DNA from: Actinomycetales bacterium
GTDB lineage: Bacteria; Actinomycetota; Actinomycetes; S36-B12
Length of the DNA: 64,000 nt
NCBI GenBank assembly: GCA_018970765.1
Contig: JAGWVT010000006.1
Location: forward strand, 1,933-65,932
Direction: 5' to 3'
Shown here: piece after piece, positions 54,686 through 64,000 of the stretch
Layout: each line of letters opens with the position of its first letter
Numbering within the stretch: position 1 is the stretch's first letter
Program-made: the position numbers and the translations under genes
Notes under the pieces: model-generated
What the model was told of the DNA's origin: nothing
What the model saw: the letters and a program-made list of their open reading frames with translations, nothing else
The model's database searches: none

Positions 54686-56325
54686 GGCTGGGCCTGCGCC
54701 GTCACTGCTACTGCTTCGGAAGGATCAACCCTTGCGAGCGGCAGCGGAGACTCGTCGAAATCCGCATTGGGCAGTCGTGGAAGCGTGAGTCGGAAGCAGG
54801 CCCCGTCGCCAGGGGCTCCCCAGACGTCCAGACGACCACCGTGCAGTCGAGTGTCTTCCACGGCAATTGCCAGGCCTAAACCGGTTCCACCGGTGGTGCG
54901 CGCACGCGCCGGATCAGCACGCCAAAATCGCTCAAACACTTGCTCCAGCTGATCGGCCTCCAGGCCAATGCCGAAGTCACGGACGGTCACCGCGACGGCA
55001 TGCTCGTCAGAGGCCACCGTCACCTCCACGTCGTGGCCGTCCGCATGCTCAATAGCGTTACTGATCAGGTTGCGCAGCACGCGGTCGATACGCCTTGGGT
55101 CAATGCGAGCAGCCGTTTCGTCGGACTCGGAGTGCAGATGAACGTGGATACCCGCGCGTTCCGCCAACGGAGCCATCGTCTCCACGACCCGCTGGACAAG
55201 ATCTGCAATCTGGACGGTCTCCGCTTCCAACACGGCAACGCCGGCATCGAACCTCGAGATCTCCAGCAGATCGACGAGCAGTGCCTCAAATCGATCCAGC
55301 TGTGCCTGCAGTAGTTCAGCAGCACGGGCCGTTGGCGCGTCGAATGCGTCACGATGCTCGAACATCACGTCAGCCGCCATCCGGATGGTGGTGAGCGGAG
55401 TGCGTAGTTCATGCGAGACATCGGAGACGAATCGCTGCTGCAGCGTCGACAGTTGCTCCAATTGAGTAATCTGCTCAGCGATGCTGGTTGCCATATCGTT
55501 GAAGGAAGCCGCCAGACGCGCCAAATCGTCTTCGCCGTGAACGGCAAGCCTTTCTCCCAGGTGCCCCTCGGAGAAGCGGCTCGCGGTACGTGCCGCTGTT
55601 CGCACTGGTGCGACCACCTGGCGCGTCACGAGCAGGGCCACGACCACGACCAACCCGATCAGTAATGCACCCGTAACGACGACAGCCCCGCGGACCAGGT
55701 CGAGGGTCTGCGCTTCTCCATCAAGCGGAAAAAGGAAGTAAAGCTCATAGAGACCAACTGTCGGGATCACCAGCGGAGCGCCGACGACAAGCCCGGGCAC
55801 GCTGCGCCCATCGAGGTAACGCAATTCGCTGAACGTCCAGGCCTGGCTCAGTGACTCGCGGACGACTTGGCGAAGCTCCGATGGCACGCTCGCCTCAGTG
55901 ACCAAGTTGGTGCCGCGTTCCGGTGCGGCCTCGTCCTGGCCGGAATTGAGCAGCAGGACATCGAATAATCCTGGGGAGCCGGCTCTTGCCGCTAGTGCCG
56001 TGACAACAGTGTCTACGAGTCGACCGGCCACCGGTGTGGTGGCGCCTGTATCAGCGGCCTCCATCAAACGCTGGGCTTCACTGAGTCCGACGGTGGCCTC
56101 AGTGACGGCACTTCGCTCCTTGGCGTCTAACAGGCCGGTGGTGATGCGCGAAAGGAGGAGAAAGCCGAGGAGCCCGATAGCCAACAATGACAGCACCAAC
56201 GTCGTCGATGTCACCCGCAGGATCAGCGAACGCCGCCAGGTGCTTCGAAGCGCTCGCGGTCCACTCAGCAACCGGTCAATCGCCAACACAGATCTAGCCG
56301 TTGCCGGCCTTGTAGCCGACACCAC
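54682..56325 (-). CDS. mtrB: sensor histidine kinase MtrB
   Basis: Two TMs, a HAMP domain, the H-box FVSDVSHELRTPLT and the ATPase motifs LISNAIEH and GGTGLGLAI. The start is a GTG at 56325 (32-nt overlap with mtrA) or a GTG at 56289 (no overlap). Confidence 0.85.
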   Translation of the reverse strand: MVSATRPATARSVLAIDRLLSGPRALRSTWRRSLILRVTSTTLVLSLLAIGLLGFLLLSRITTGLLDAKERSAVTEATVGLSEAQRLMEAADTGATTPVAGRLVDTVVTALAARAGSPGLFDVLLLNSGQDEAAPERGTNLVTEASVPSELRQVVRESLSQAWTFSELRYLDGRSVPGLVVGAPLVIPTVGLYELYFLFPLDGEAQTLDLVRGAVVVTGALLIGLVVVVALLVTRQVVAPVRTAARTASRFSEGHLGERLAVHGEDDLARLAASFNDMATSIAEQITQLEQLSTLQQRFVSDVSHELRTPLTTIRMAADVMFEHRDAFDAPTARAAELLQAQLDRFEALLVDLLEISRFDAGVAVLEAETVQIADLVQRVVETMAPLAERAGIHVHLHSESDETAARIDPRRIDRVLRNLISNAIEHADGHDVEVTVASDEHAVAVTVRDFGIGLEADQLEQVFERFWRADPARARTTGGTGLGLAIAVEDTRLHGGRLDVWGAPGDGACFRLTLPRLPNADFDESPLPLARVDPSEAVAVTAQAQP

Positions 56326-57010
56326 GCACGGTGATCACGATCTCGGGTAACTCCGGATCATGTTCAATCTTTGACCGCAACCGCTGCACGTGAACATTGA
56401 CTAAACGCGTATCAGCGGCGTGCCGGTAGCCCCAAACTTCCTGCAGGAGTGCCTCACGAGTGAACACCTGACCGGGCCGGCGTACCAGGCAGACCAGGAG
56501 ATCAAACTCAAGTGGAGTCAGCGGGATCAGACGACCGCCTCGCTTGACGTTGTGACCACTCACATCGATCTCAACATCACCGATGGTTAAGTTACTCACC
56601 GCCGGTTCGTCCACGCGCCGTATCCGGGCGCGGATCCGCGCCACCAACTCCTTGGGCTTGAATGGCTTGATGATGTAGTCGTCGGCACCGGACTCCAGCC
56701 CCACCACCACATCTACCGTGTCACTTCGAGCCGTCAGCATGACGATCGGGACTCCCGATTCGGCGCGAATGGCGCGACACACATCGATCCCATCCCGGCC
56801 CGGCAGCATCAGATCGAGAAGCACTACGTCTGGCCGCGATTCCCGAAAAGCCGTGACGGCTTCCGCGCCATCAGCACAGAAATAGGGCTCGAATCCCTCG
56901 CCACGCAGGACGATGCCAAGCATCTCAGCAAGTGCCTGGTCGTCATCGACCACAAGAACCCGGCCGCGACCCAGGGTTCGGCTGGGCGGGGCGCCCTCAG
57001 CCTGACTCAT
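56294..57010 (-). CDS. mtrA: response regulator MtrA (OmpR family)
   Basis: VLVVDDDQALAEMLGIVLRGEGF...LLDLMLPGRDGIDVCRAIRAESGVPIVMLTARSDTVDVVVGLESGADDYIIKPFKPKELVARIRA is near-identical in pattern to mycobacterial MtrA. Confidence 0.9.
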   Translation of the reverse strand: MSQAEGAPPSRTLGRGRVLVVDDDQALAEMLGIVLRGEGFEPYFCADGAEAVTAFRESRPDVVLLDLMLPGRDGIDVCRAIRAESGVPIVMLTARSDTVDVVVGLESGADDYIIKPFKPKELVARIRARIRRVDEPAVSNLTIGDVEIDVSGHNVKRGGRLIPLTPLEFDLLVCLVRRPGQVFTREALLQEVWGYRHAADTRLVNVHVQRLRSKIEHDPELPEIVITVRGVGYKAGNG

Positions 57011-57014
57011 GGCC

Positions 57015-57791
57015 TCATGGTGTCACCCCGGGTAGCCCCAGGGCTAGGACGAGGGCTGCCGGAGCGTTGATCATGGCGTGGGTAAGCATGCAGGCAAGCA
57101 GTGACCCGGTTCGCCAACGCACGATGCCAAGGACCAGACCTAGTGCGACGAGCACCAGCAGTCTGGTTGGCTCGAAGTGGATCAACGCAAAGGCGGCACT
57201 GCTGATGACCAGGGTCCAGACAACCCCTATGCCGCGTTTGCGCAGGCTGTTGAACAACAGGCCGCGGAATGCCAACTCCTCGACCACCGGCGCCCCGACC
57301 ACCAAGAGCACGGCAAACAGCAGCACCGCCGGTGTGCCACCAGCTTCACGGACCTGCTCGGCTACCTCGGCCCCTGTGGAAGTGAACTCACCGACAAGCT
57401 GCGTAGTGAGCAGCGCCAACAGACTTGCGATGATCAGGCCTACGATTCCGGCCGCCACCGCCCAGACAAGGTCGATCCAGCGCAGGGTCAAACCCAGATC
57501 GATGACAGGCCCGTTGCCTCGCAGCTTGGTGATCAGCAGCGGGTAACCGCCGAGAAATACCCAGGGCGCGACACTGCCGACAAGCAGCACCACAAGCGTT
57601 GGGGCCTGGGCAACCTGCATGCTGACGATGACAATCGTGGATAGCCCGAACGCTCCGATGACCATGACGAGGCAATCCCAAAGCCCCCAGCGGGGATCGC
57701 GCAGCGACCGACCGGCCGCAAGTACCTCGGTAACTGCTTGGGGGCAGCCCGGATAGTTAGGTGGAGCTGCGGTTACCGCGGGTTGGGACAC
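57015..57791 (-). CDS. CPBP family intramembrane glutamic endopeptidase
   Basis: Multi-TM protein with VVEELAFRGLLF and FALIHF. Confidence 0.8.
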   Translation of the reverse strand: MSQPAVTAAPPNYPGCPQAVTEVLAAGRSLRDPRWGLWDCLVMVIGAFGLSTIVIVSMQVAQAPTLVVLLVGSVAPWVFLGGYPLLITKLRGNGPVIDLGLTLRWIDLVWAVAAGIVGLIIASLLALLTTQLVGEFTSTGAEVAEQVREAGGTPAVLLFAVLLVVGAPVVEELAFRGLLFNSLRKRGIGVVWTLVISSAAFALIHFEPTRLLVLVALGLVLGIVRWRTGSLLACMLTHAMINAPAALVLALGLPGVTP

Positions 57792-57800
57792 GCAGGCACG

Positions 57801-58571
57801 TTACCGCGCTGAGCGTGCGGCCTGCTGATGTGCAGTCAGCCCTGCATTCATGATGGGTTTCGTGCGCCGCTCACGCCAGGCGTACTTGATGATGCAGCGA
57901 AGGGCTGAGAACCCGTCCTTCCATCCGATCTTCTTGCCCTCGTCATAGGTGCGCCCGGCATAGGAGATACCTACTTCGTACACCCGGGCACCTGACTTCG
58001 CGACCTTGGCGGTGATTTCGGGTTCGAATCCGAATCGATTTTCCTCAATGCTCAGGGATTGAATGAGATCACGTTTGAAAACCTTGTAGCAGGTCTCCAT
58101 GTCTGTGAGATTGAGATCCGTTGTCATATTCGACATCAGCGTAAGCAGGCGGTTGCCCATGCTGTGCCAGAAATAGAGCACGCGGTGGGCGTCACCGCTG
58201 ATGAATCGAGACCCGAAGACCACGTCGGCGCGCCCATCCTGCAGTGGGACCAGCAGGCGAGAAAGTTCCGCCGGGTCATACTCCAGGTCCGCGTCTTGAA
58301 TACCCACAAAGTCCTTGGTCGCGGCCGCGATGCCCGTCCGCAAGGCGGCGCCCTTGCCCTGGTTAACCGGGTGAGTGAGGACCTTGACTCGGCGATTCTT
58401 GAGCCCAGCAAGCAGTGCCGCTGTGCCATCCGTTGAAGCATCATTCACCACGATGAGTTCACCGACAAAGCGCTGGGCCAGCACCCGATCAATAGCCAGC
58501 AGGATGGTCTGCTCTTCGTTATAGGCCGGCATCACCAGCGTCAGCGGTGCCCGCGCCGTTTGAACCACCAC
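57801..58571 (-). CDS. family 2 glycosyltransferase (polyprenol-phosphate sugar synthase-like)
   Basis: VMPAYNEEQTI, VVNDASTDGT and IQDADLEYDP. Confidence 0.85.
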   Translation of the reverse strand: MVVQTARAPLTLVMPAYNEEQTILLAIDRVLAQRFVGELIVVNDASTDGTAALLAGLKNRRVKVLTHPVNQGKGAALRTGIAAATKDFVGIQDADLEYDPAELSRLLVPLQDGRADVVFGSRFISGDAHRVLYFWHSMGNRLLTLMSNMTTDLNLTDMETCYKVFKRDLIQSLSIEENRFGFEPEITAKVAKSGARVYEVGISYAGRTYDEGKKIGWKDGFSALRCIIKYAWRERRTKPIMNAGLTAHQQAARSAR

Positions 58572-58638
58572 GAGGGAACCCTACCTATCGGCTCATTGAC
58601 CTATGGGCTAATTGACCATCCACGGCTCGGCATCGACC

Positions 58639-59007
58639 TCAACCCGTGACGGCAAACCAGCGACCCTCCGGGTCGCTGAAGGCAAAACTGCGAATACCGC
58701 TGTGTTCACCGATCTCCATCGCAGTGACACCGCATTCAATGAGTTGTGCATGAGCAGCATCAAGGTCATCGGCCTGCAAAGCGATAGATGGGGTTGCGAG
58801 GTCAAGGTTGTACGGGTTATCCGCCATCATCGCCAATGGCACAAGCTCGAAGGCGAACGGCTGATCGGCGAAGCCGACCTGAACAATCGTGAATCCGTCT
58901 ACGTCTTTTCGGTCCTTCTCAATCATCCCCACCTGATCGATCCAGAATCGACGGCAGGATTCAGCATCGTTGACGTATAGAACGACGTAACGAACGCGCA
59001 TCGACAT
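58639..59007 (-). CDS. VOC (glyoxalase/bleomycin-resistance) family protein
   Basis: 122 aa, VRYVVLYVNDAESCRRFWIDQVGM ... FAFSDPEGRWFAV. Confidence 0.75.
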   Translation of the reverse strand: MSMRVRYVVLYVNDAESCRRFWIDQVGMIEKDRKDVDGFTIVQVGFADQPFAFELVPLAMMADNPYNLDLATPSIALQADDLDAAHAQLIECGVTAMEIGEHSGIRSFAFSDPEGRWFAVTG

Positions 59008-59044
59008 CTCCCTTCTCGCGAATCATGATGAATGGCGGACTATT

Positions 59045-59093
59045 ACGAATGAAAACGAGAAGGGCGATCGCCTCCACGGAAGCGATCGCCCTT
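59045..59093 (-). terminator. intrinsic terminator downstream of ahcY
   Basis: AAGGGCGATCGC (59060-59071), a 10-nt loop and GCGATCGCCCTT (59082-59093). On the minus strand the stem is followed by CTCGTTTTCATTCG. Confidence 0.55.
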
Positions 59094-59119
59094 GTCGTCC
59101 CTACGGACAAATCGGCTCG

Positions 59120-60577
59120 TCAGTAGCGGTAGTGATCCGGCTTGTACGGACCGGCCACATCCACGCCCAGGTACTCGGCCTGAGGCTTGGACAGTTCGGT
59201 CAACCGCACACCGAGTGCGTCCAGGTGCAGGCGGGCGACCTTCTCGTCCAGATGCTTGGGCAGCGTGTAGACACCCAGCGGGTACTCATCCCGCTTGGTG
59301 AACAACTCGATCTGCGCGAGAACCTGATTGGTGAAGGAGTTCGACATCACGAAGGATGGATGCCCGGTCGCATTGCCGAGGTTCAGCAATCGACCCTCAG
59401 ACAGCACGATGATTGAGTGCCCGTCCGCAAACGTCCACTCGTCAACCTGCGGCTTGATGGTCTTGCGCTTGATGCCGGGGACCTTGGCCAAGCCAGCCAT
59501 ATCGATCTCATTGTCGAAGTGGCCGATATTGCCAACGATTGCCTGGTGCTTCATGCGCTGCATGTCCTCGGCGGTGATGACGTCGTAGCAACCGGTCGCC
59601 GTAATGAAGATGTCAGCGGTCTGGAGCACATCGTCGAGGCGTGCCACCTGGTAGCCGTCCATGGCGGCCTGCAGGGCGCAGATCGGGTCGATCTCAGTGA
59701 TGATCACACGGGCGCCCTGACCACGCAGGGAATCCGCGCTGCCCTTGCCGACATCGCCAAAGCCGCACACCACGGCAACCTTGCCGCCGAGCATCGTGTC
59801 GGTCGCCCGATTGATGCCGTCGACCAGGGAGTGGCGGCAGCCGTACTTGTTATCGAACTTGCTCTTGGTGACCGAGTCGTTCACGTTGATGGCTGGGAAG
59901 AGCAGCGCACCCTCGCGCATCATCTCGTAGAGACGGTGAACACCGGTGGTGGTCTCCTCCGTCACACCGCGAATACCCGCGCCGATACGCGTCCAGCGCT
60001 GCGCATCCTCAGTGAGGGAGCGACGCAGAGTCTCCAGAACGACCGCGTACTCCTCCGAGGTGGACTCATCGGGCGTTGGTACGAGGCCGGCCGCCTCGAA
60101 TTCGGTGCCGCGATGCACGAGGAGCGTCGCGTCGCCGCCATCGTCGAGGATCATGTTGGGGCCTGCACCATCCGGCCACAACAGGACCTGCTCGGTGCAC
60201 CACCAGTACTCCGGCAGCGTCTCGCCCTTCCAGGCGTAGACAGGAACACCGTTTGGCGCGTCGACCGTTCCCGTCGGGCCAACGACGACAGCAGCCGCCG
60301 CGTGGTCCTGGGTGGAGAAGATGTTGCAGGATGCCCAGCGTACGTCTGCCCCAAGGTCAACGAGGGTTTCGATGAGCACTGCGGTCTGCACAGTCATGTG
60401 CAGGGAGCCGGTGATGCGGGCCCCGCGTAGTGGCTTGCTCTCGCCGTACTCGGCGCGCATAGCCATCAGGCCGGGCATCTCATGCTCGGCAAGACGGATC
60501 TCATCACGGCCGAAGTCGGCGAGGGCGAGGTCGGCAACCTTGAAGTCTGGGCTGCCATCAGTTTTGAACACGGACAT
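59120..60577 (-). CDS. ahcY: adenosylhomocysteinase
   Basis: [44 protein letters not shown]. 485 aa. Confidence 0.95.
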   Translation of the reverse strand: MSVFKTDGSPDFKVADLALADFGRDEIRLAEHEMPGLMAMRAEYGESKPLRGARITGSLHMTVQTAVLIETLVDLGADVRWASCNIFSTQDHAAAAVVVGPTGTVDAPNGVPVYAWKGETLPEYWWCTEQVLLWPDGAGPNMILDDGGDATLLVHRGTEFEAAGLVPTPDESTSEEYAVVLETLRRSLTEDAQRWTRIGAGIRGVTEETTTGVHRLYEMMREGALLFPAINVNDSVTKSKFDNKYGCRHSLVDGINRATDTMLGGKVAVVCGFGDVGKGSADSLRGQGARVIITEIDPICALQAAMDGYQVARLDDVLQTADIFITATGCYDVITAEDMQRMKHQAIVGNIGHFDNEIDMAGLAKVPGIKRKTIKPQVDEWTFADGHSIIVLSEGRLLNLGNATGHPSFVMSNSFTNQVLAQIELFTKRDEYPLGVYTLPKHLDEKVARLHLDALGVRLTELSKPQAEYLGVDVAGPYKPDHYRY

Positions 60578-60733
60578 GCGTCACTCCTTGGAGGCGTTGG
60601 ATTGCGAACGTCACGAGGCTTCGATGGTTCGCCTTCAGGGGACGCCGTGACGGGGACCAGGGCTCCGGGCCATCATCAGCAGCCTTAGTCTGCCAGAGGT
60701 TGGCCGGAACGCACATTCGGCCACCTGCGCCGG

Positions 60734-62488
60734 TCAGGTGATTCGGCTCACCACCATGGTCACATTTGCCCGCCGCCCCTTGGCACCCGGGTACGCCTTG
60801 ACGGGCCCGCGAGCCTGCTGGTCGATGATCACGGTGATGCCCTGCTCACGCAGGTACGTGGCTACTGCGGCGGCGCGGCGCTTGGCCAGGGCGAGGTTCT
60901 GCTTGCGACGCGTTGCTTTCGTGCTGCCGGGGCGAACCGGATCGCGAGCGAAGCCGCGCACGGTCACGCTGAGGACTGAACCGTCGCCAACATCCCCGAT
61001 GAGGGCGTCGAGACGATCAGTGGCACGCGGCGTCAATCGTGCCGAACCGGACCGAAACCGCACACTCGTGCGTTGTCGTTCTCGTGTGATTGAGCGCGGC
61101 TCTTCCACGACGACCACACCGAGGGACACCGACCGAACCTGCCCATCGGGTCCAGCCATGTTTACCTGCACGGTCAACGTGCCCGGTGAGGTGCCGGCCG
61201 GCAGTTCGACGGACTTTCGGAAGGTGCCGGTCGCGTCGGCTGTTAGGGATCCCAGTGAAGTGCCAGGTAGCAGCCAGGCTTGGGCGGTGGAGTTGGGCCG
61301 CGCTCCGGATCCCTCTAGGGCGACCGTCGAACCCGAGGTTGCACGCAGCAGTGCGACAGTGCCGTCACGGGTACCCGCTGGAGCACCACTTGACGTCCGC
61401 CCCTCCACACGTAGCGTCGTAGCGAAGGAACGCACCTCAATAGCGGTCGGTGACGTCGTTGGAACAGCGGTCACCGAGTGTGAGTGCGGGTTCCCGCAGT
61501 CCAGGACCAAGGCAACACCCGGTGCGAGTCCGGCAGCAGGCATAGCGGAGGTCTGTGCGGACGTGATCGGGCCAAGACTGCCGTCATGCGCACATGGCGA
61601 GGAACCAACGGTGAAGGCGAGCGTTCGAGTAGCCGTGGTGGTGTCCGAGTCTGCCACCTGCACGGTTGCCGTGAAGGTACCGGTCGCGGTCGGCGTGCCG
61701 GAGATCAGACCCGTGGTGGCATTCAAACTGAGTCCGGTGGGCAAGGCTCCAGACGCGAGCGCCCATCGCGAGTAGATGCGACTACCACCGGTGGCCGTCA
61801 GTTGAAGGTTGTAAGGGATGTTGACCGTGACCTGACCGATTGACGGCGTTGCCACGGCGAGTTGACCTGAGACTCCCACCGTGATGCTCAGACCGCGGTC
61901 CATGGTGATCCCGACGCTGTCGGTCACTCGCACCGTGAAATCCCAGGAACCGACCGTCGTCGGCGTGCCACTGATAACGCCAGCATTGAGCGTGAGTCCC
62001 GGTGGCAGATTGCCATTGGTGAGCGACCACGAGCTGTAGCTTCCCGAACCACCCGCGGCCGCCAGCGCCTGTGCGTAGCTCGCGCCTATTTCACCGTTGG
62101 GGAGGGAACTCGTGGTGACCTGGAGGACCGGATAGACGGGGATGGTGAACGCCCTTGTCGCGGTTGCCGTCGCTGAGTCGGCGACCTGCAGGGTGAATGT
62201 GTACGAACCGGCAGTGGTGGGCGTTCCTGCGATGCGGCCCTTGTTGCTCGCATTGCTGAGCGCGAGCCCAGCAGGCAGGGCTCCAGCGGTCACGGTCCAG
62301 GCGTAGGGAGTGGTCCCAGTACCCGTCGCACTGACGTCCTCGCTATACGGCACACCTACGGTGCCGAAGCCGAGCGTTCGATTCTCGACATCAAGGCCGC
62401 CTACCGCCCCGGCAGGCAGCGTCGTCAGGCCCAATGTCACAGCGGTCAGCAGTGCCACCCACGACAGTCGATTTCGCCAACCGCTCAT
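60734..62488 (-). CDS. secreted protein with three Ig-like (He_PIG-type) repeats and a C-terminal OmpA-like domain
   Basis: Signal peptide; three units of about 90 aa of the form PY...G(A/N)LP(A/P/T)GL(A/T/S)LN...G.I(A/S)GTPT..G...FT..V.DS; C-terminal NLALAKRRAAAVATYLREQG. Confidence 0.7.
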   Translation of the reverse strand: MSGWRNRLSWVALLTAVTLGLTTLPAGAVGGLDVENRTLGFGTVGVPYSEDVSATGTGTTPYAWTVTAGALPAGLALSNASNKGRIAGTPTTAGSYTFTLQVADSATATATRAFTIPVYPVLQVTTSSLPNGEIGASYAQALAAAGGSGSYSSWSLTNGNLPPGLTLNAGVISGTPTTVGSWDFTVRVTDSVGITMDRGLSITVGVSGQLAVATPSIGQVTVNIPYNLQLTATGGSRIYSRWALASGALPTGLSLNATTGLISGTPTATGTFTATVQVADSDTTTATRTLAFTVGSSPCAHDGSLGPITSAQTSAMPAAGLAPGVALVLDCGNPHSHSVTAVPTTSPTAIEVRSFATTLRVEGRTSSGAPAGTRDGTVALLRATSGSTVALEGSGARPNSTAQAWLLPGTSLGSLTADATGTFRKSVELPAGTSPGTLTVQVNMAGPDGQVRSVSLGVVVVEEPRSITRERQRTSVRFRSGSARLTPRATDRLDALIGDVGDGSVLSVTVRGFARDPVRPGSTKATRRKQNLALAKRRAAAVATYLREQGITVIIDQQARGPVKAYPGAKGRRANVTMVVSRIT

Positions 62489-62524
62489 GGCCCCCTCACA
62501 CTTCGCTCGGTGACAGGGTTCACG

Positions 62525-62647
62525 CTAAGGGTTGTTGGGGCCCTTGGTCCGCCGCTTGACACGGTTGATACCAACGGGAATCAGGAGTAGCCCAAGGCCA
62601 ATCAGGATGAGCGCACCCGCGATCGTGCCGCGCAGTGGGTCGATCAC
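62525..62647 (-). CDS. 40-aa single-TM ORF translationally coupled to the CDF transporter gene (below the ORF-track size cut-off)
   Basis: The GTG at 62647-62645 overlaps the CDF TGA (GTGA). The ORF reads VIDPLRGTIAGALILIGLGLLLIPVGINRVKRRTKGPNNP, then TAG at 62527-62525. 30 of 40 third positions are G/C. Confidence 0.35.
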   Translation of the reverse strand: MIDPLRGTIAGALILIGLGLLLIPVGINRVKRRTKGPNNP

Positions 62648-63573
62648 GTGCGGTCCGGGTCGGGTTCTTTGAACAGGTCGGGTTCCAAGAACACGTATTT
62701 CGCGCTCGGAACCGCAGCACGCAGCGCCCGCTCAGCTTCGTCGATGCCCGCTGCGATCTGGGCGGCGGTGTCCTGCTCCCGGATTGCGATCTTGGCGCCG
62801 ACGAGTAGCTCGTCAGGCCCGACGTGCATGGTGCGCAGGTGGATAACCCGCTCCACCGATGGGCTGGAGTTCAGTGCCGCCTCAATCGCACGAACCTCCT
62901 CGGGCAGCGCAGACTCGCCAACGAGCATGGCTGACATCTCCATGGCCAGGAACACCGCGATCACGACAAGCAGGGTGCCCACCGACATGGCCCCGATCGC
63001 ATCGAATCGGCCATCGCCGGTAACAAAAGCTGCAGAGACCCCCAGCAAGGCGAACACCAAGCCAACAAGCGCCCCAGCATCTTCCAGCAGGATCACTGGC
63101 AGTTCCGGCTGACGGACGTCACGGATGTACTGCAGCAGTGATCGACGTCCACGGGCCTTGTTTGCCTCACGAAGTGCCGTGCGGAAACTGAAGGACTCAA
63201 GAACGATCGCAACACCAAGGACGACGAAGGCGATCCAGGCATCTTGCAGCGGCTCAGGGTGCTGCCACTTGTGCCAACCTTCGTACAGCGAAAACAGGCC
63301 ACCGATCAGGAACAACACGATCGCGACGATGAAGCCGTAGACATAGCGGCGGCGGCCATAGCCAAACGGGTGACGGGCATCTGCCTGACGCCGTGAGCGC
63401 CGATGTCCCACGAGGAGCAGGACCTGGTTGGCCGAATCGGCCACCGAGTGAATTGCCTCGGAGAGCATCGAACTAGAACCAGTAAAGGCAAATGCCACGA
63501 ACTTCGCGATAGCAATACCAAGATTCGCCAGCAGTGCGGCGACGACCGCGCGCAGACCACCTTCAGTACTCAT
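62644..63573 (-). CDS. cation diffusion facilitator (CDF) family transporter
   Basis: AIHSVADSANQVLLLVG and HPFGYGR, six TMs and a C-terminal cytoplasmic domain. Confidence 0.85.
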   Translation of the reverse strand: MSTEGGLRAVVAALLANLGIAIAKFVAFAFTGSSSMLSEAIHSVADSANQVLLLVGHRRSRRQADARHPFGYGRRRYVYGFIVAIVLFLIGGLFSLYEGWHKWQHPEPLQDAWIAFVVLGVAIVLESFSFRTALREANKARGRRSLLQYIRDVRQPELPVILLEDAGALVGLVFALLGVSAAFVTGDGRFDAIGAMSVGTLLVVIAVFLAMEMSAMLVGESALPEEVRAIEAALNSSPSVERVIHLRTMHVGPDELLVGAKIAIREQDTAAQIAAGIDEAERALRAAVPSAKYVFLEPDLFKEPDPDRT

Positions 63574-63591
63574 AGCGAACTCATAGCGAAC

Positions 63592-64000
63592 TCATAGCGC
63601 CTCATGCCGAACAACGGCCGCTACGCCCGCAGTGCGCGCAACTAGGTCGGATTCGAGCGCGGTGGCCACCAAGGCAGTTCCCATCGAAACGGTCACGCCA
63701 CCGTCGGCATCACCGTCAGTGCGGCGCTCCTGACCCACCTGCACATCCAGATCGTCCTGGATCGCCAGGATGAGGCGATAGGCGCCGCTGGGAATCACGC
63801 GCTCACCATCATGCAGCAGTTCGACACTGAAAGGCGCACCAGGTGGGTGCAGGTGCTCTGCACCGCGCAGCACTACGGGTTGGCGATCCTCCCGCAGCGC
63901 GGCCAACGCCGCGTCGACGTTCACCGCCTTGGGCGTTAGACCGAGCCGGACCACGTTGTCCGAGGTCGTCATGACCTCCAGGCCGGTCCCGGAAACGTAA
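63592..64000 (-). CDS. manA: mannose-6-phosphate isomerase class I, C-terminal part (5' end beyond the right edge)
   Basis: The frame is open upstream of the listed ATG (63972) to the window edge. The translation ..YVSGTGLEVMTTSDNVVRLGLTPKAVNVD.. contains the conserved ManA motif (A/T)xSDNVxRxGLTPK. Confidence 0.7.
   Translation of the reverse strand, partial: YVSGTGLEVMTTSDNVVRLGLTPKAVNVDAALAALREDRQPVVLRGAEHLHPPGAPFSVELLHDGERVIPSGAYRLILAIQDDLDVQVGQERRTDGDADGGVTVSMGTALVATALESDLVARTAGVAAVVRHEAL

Noticed and set aside
60578-60733. Possible SAH riboswitch in the 156-nt region upstream of ahcY
   Set aside because: I read the minus-strand leader. It forms a CGTCACG...CGTGACG hairpin, but I could not find the conserved SAH-riboswitch core elements as I remember them. 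A covariance-model search (Rfam RF01057) would settle it; I do not call it.

Overview
High-GC actinobacterial chromosomal segment with about 60 densely packed genes and many 4-nt start/stop overlaps. All family names come from motif recognition by eye, not from database searches. From about 7.8 kb to 64 kb the content is mostly housekeeping. From memory, it follows the gene order of two Mycobacterium tuberculosis blocks. The first is Rv3193c-Rv3206c: UPF0182 membrane protein, PDZ/Lon-like protease, DUF2342, ABC1 kinase, uvrD2, mycoredoxin, nudC, adnA/adnB, moeZ. The second is Rv3235 plus Rv3240c-Rv3248c: secA, comF-like, lpqB-mtrB-mtrA, ahcY, with manA at the right edge. These blocks are interrupted by a large NAD-glutamate dehydrogenase, a WS/DGAT acyltransferase, a SAF/ParA-like pair and several membrane or secreted proteins. 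The left 7.7 kb is different. It opens with the first genes of a contractile-injection-system (phage-tail-like) operon that runs off the left edge: sheath, tube, chaperone-like gene and a coupled small ORF. Next come a divergently encoded DUF4280/PAAR-like protein, a three-gene operon of uncharacterised membrane proteins and a RibD-C-type reductase. An IS481-family element with hairpin-forming ends then abuts the 3' end of an initiator tRNA-Met. No rRNA, CRISPR array or recognisable defence system was seen. The most interesting items are the CIS-adjacent membrane module, the CIS itself, a dense TGTGG(A/G) motif array in a 330-bp gap, an orphan RRE/E1-like protein, a GNAT-LuxR fusion and two small coupled ORFs missing from the ORF track.
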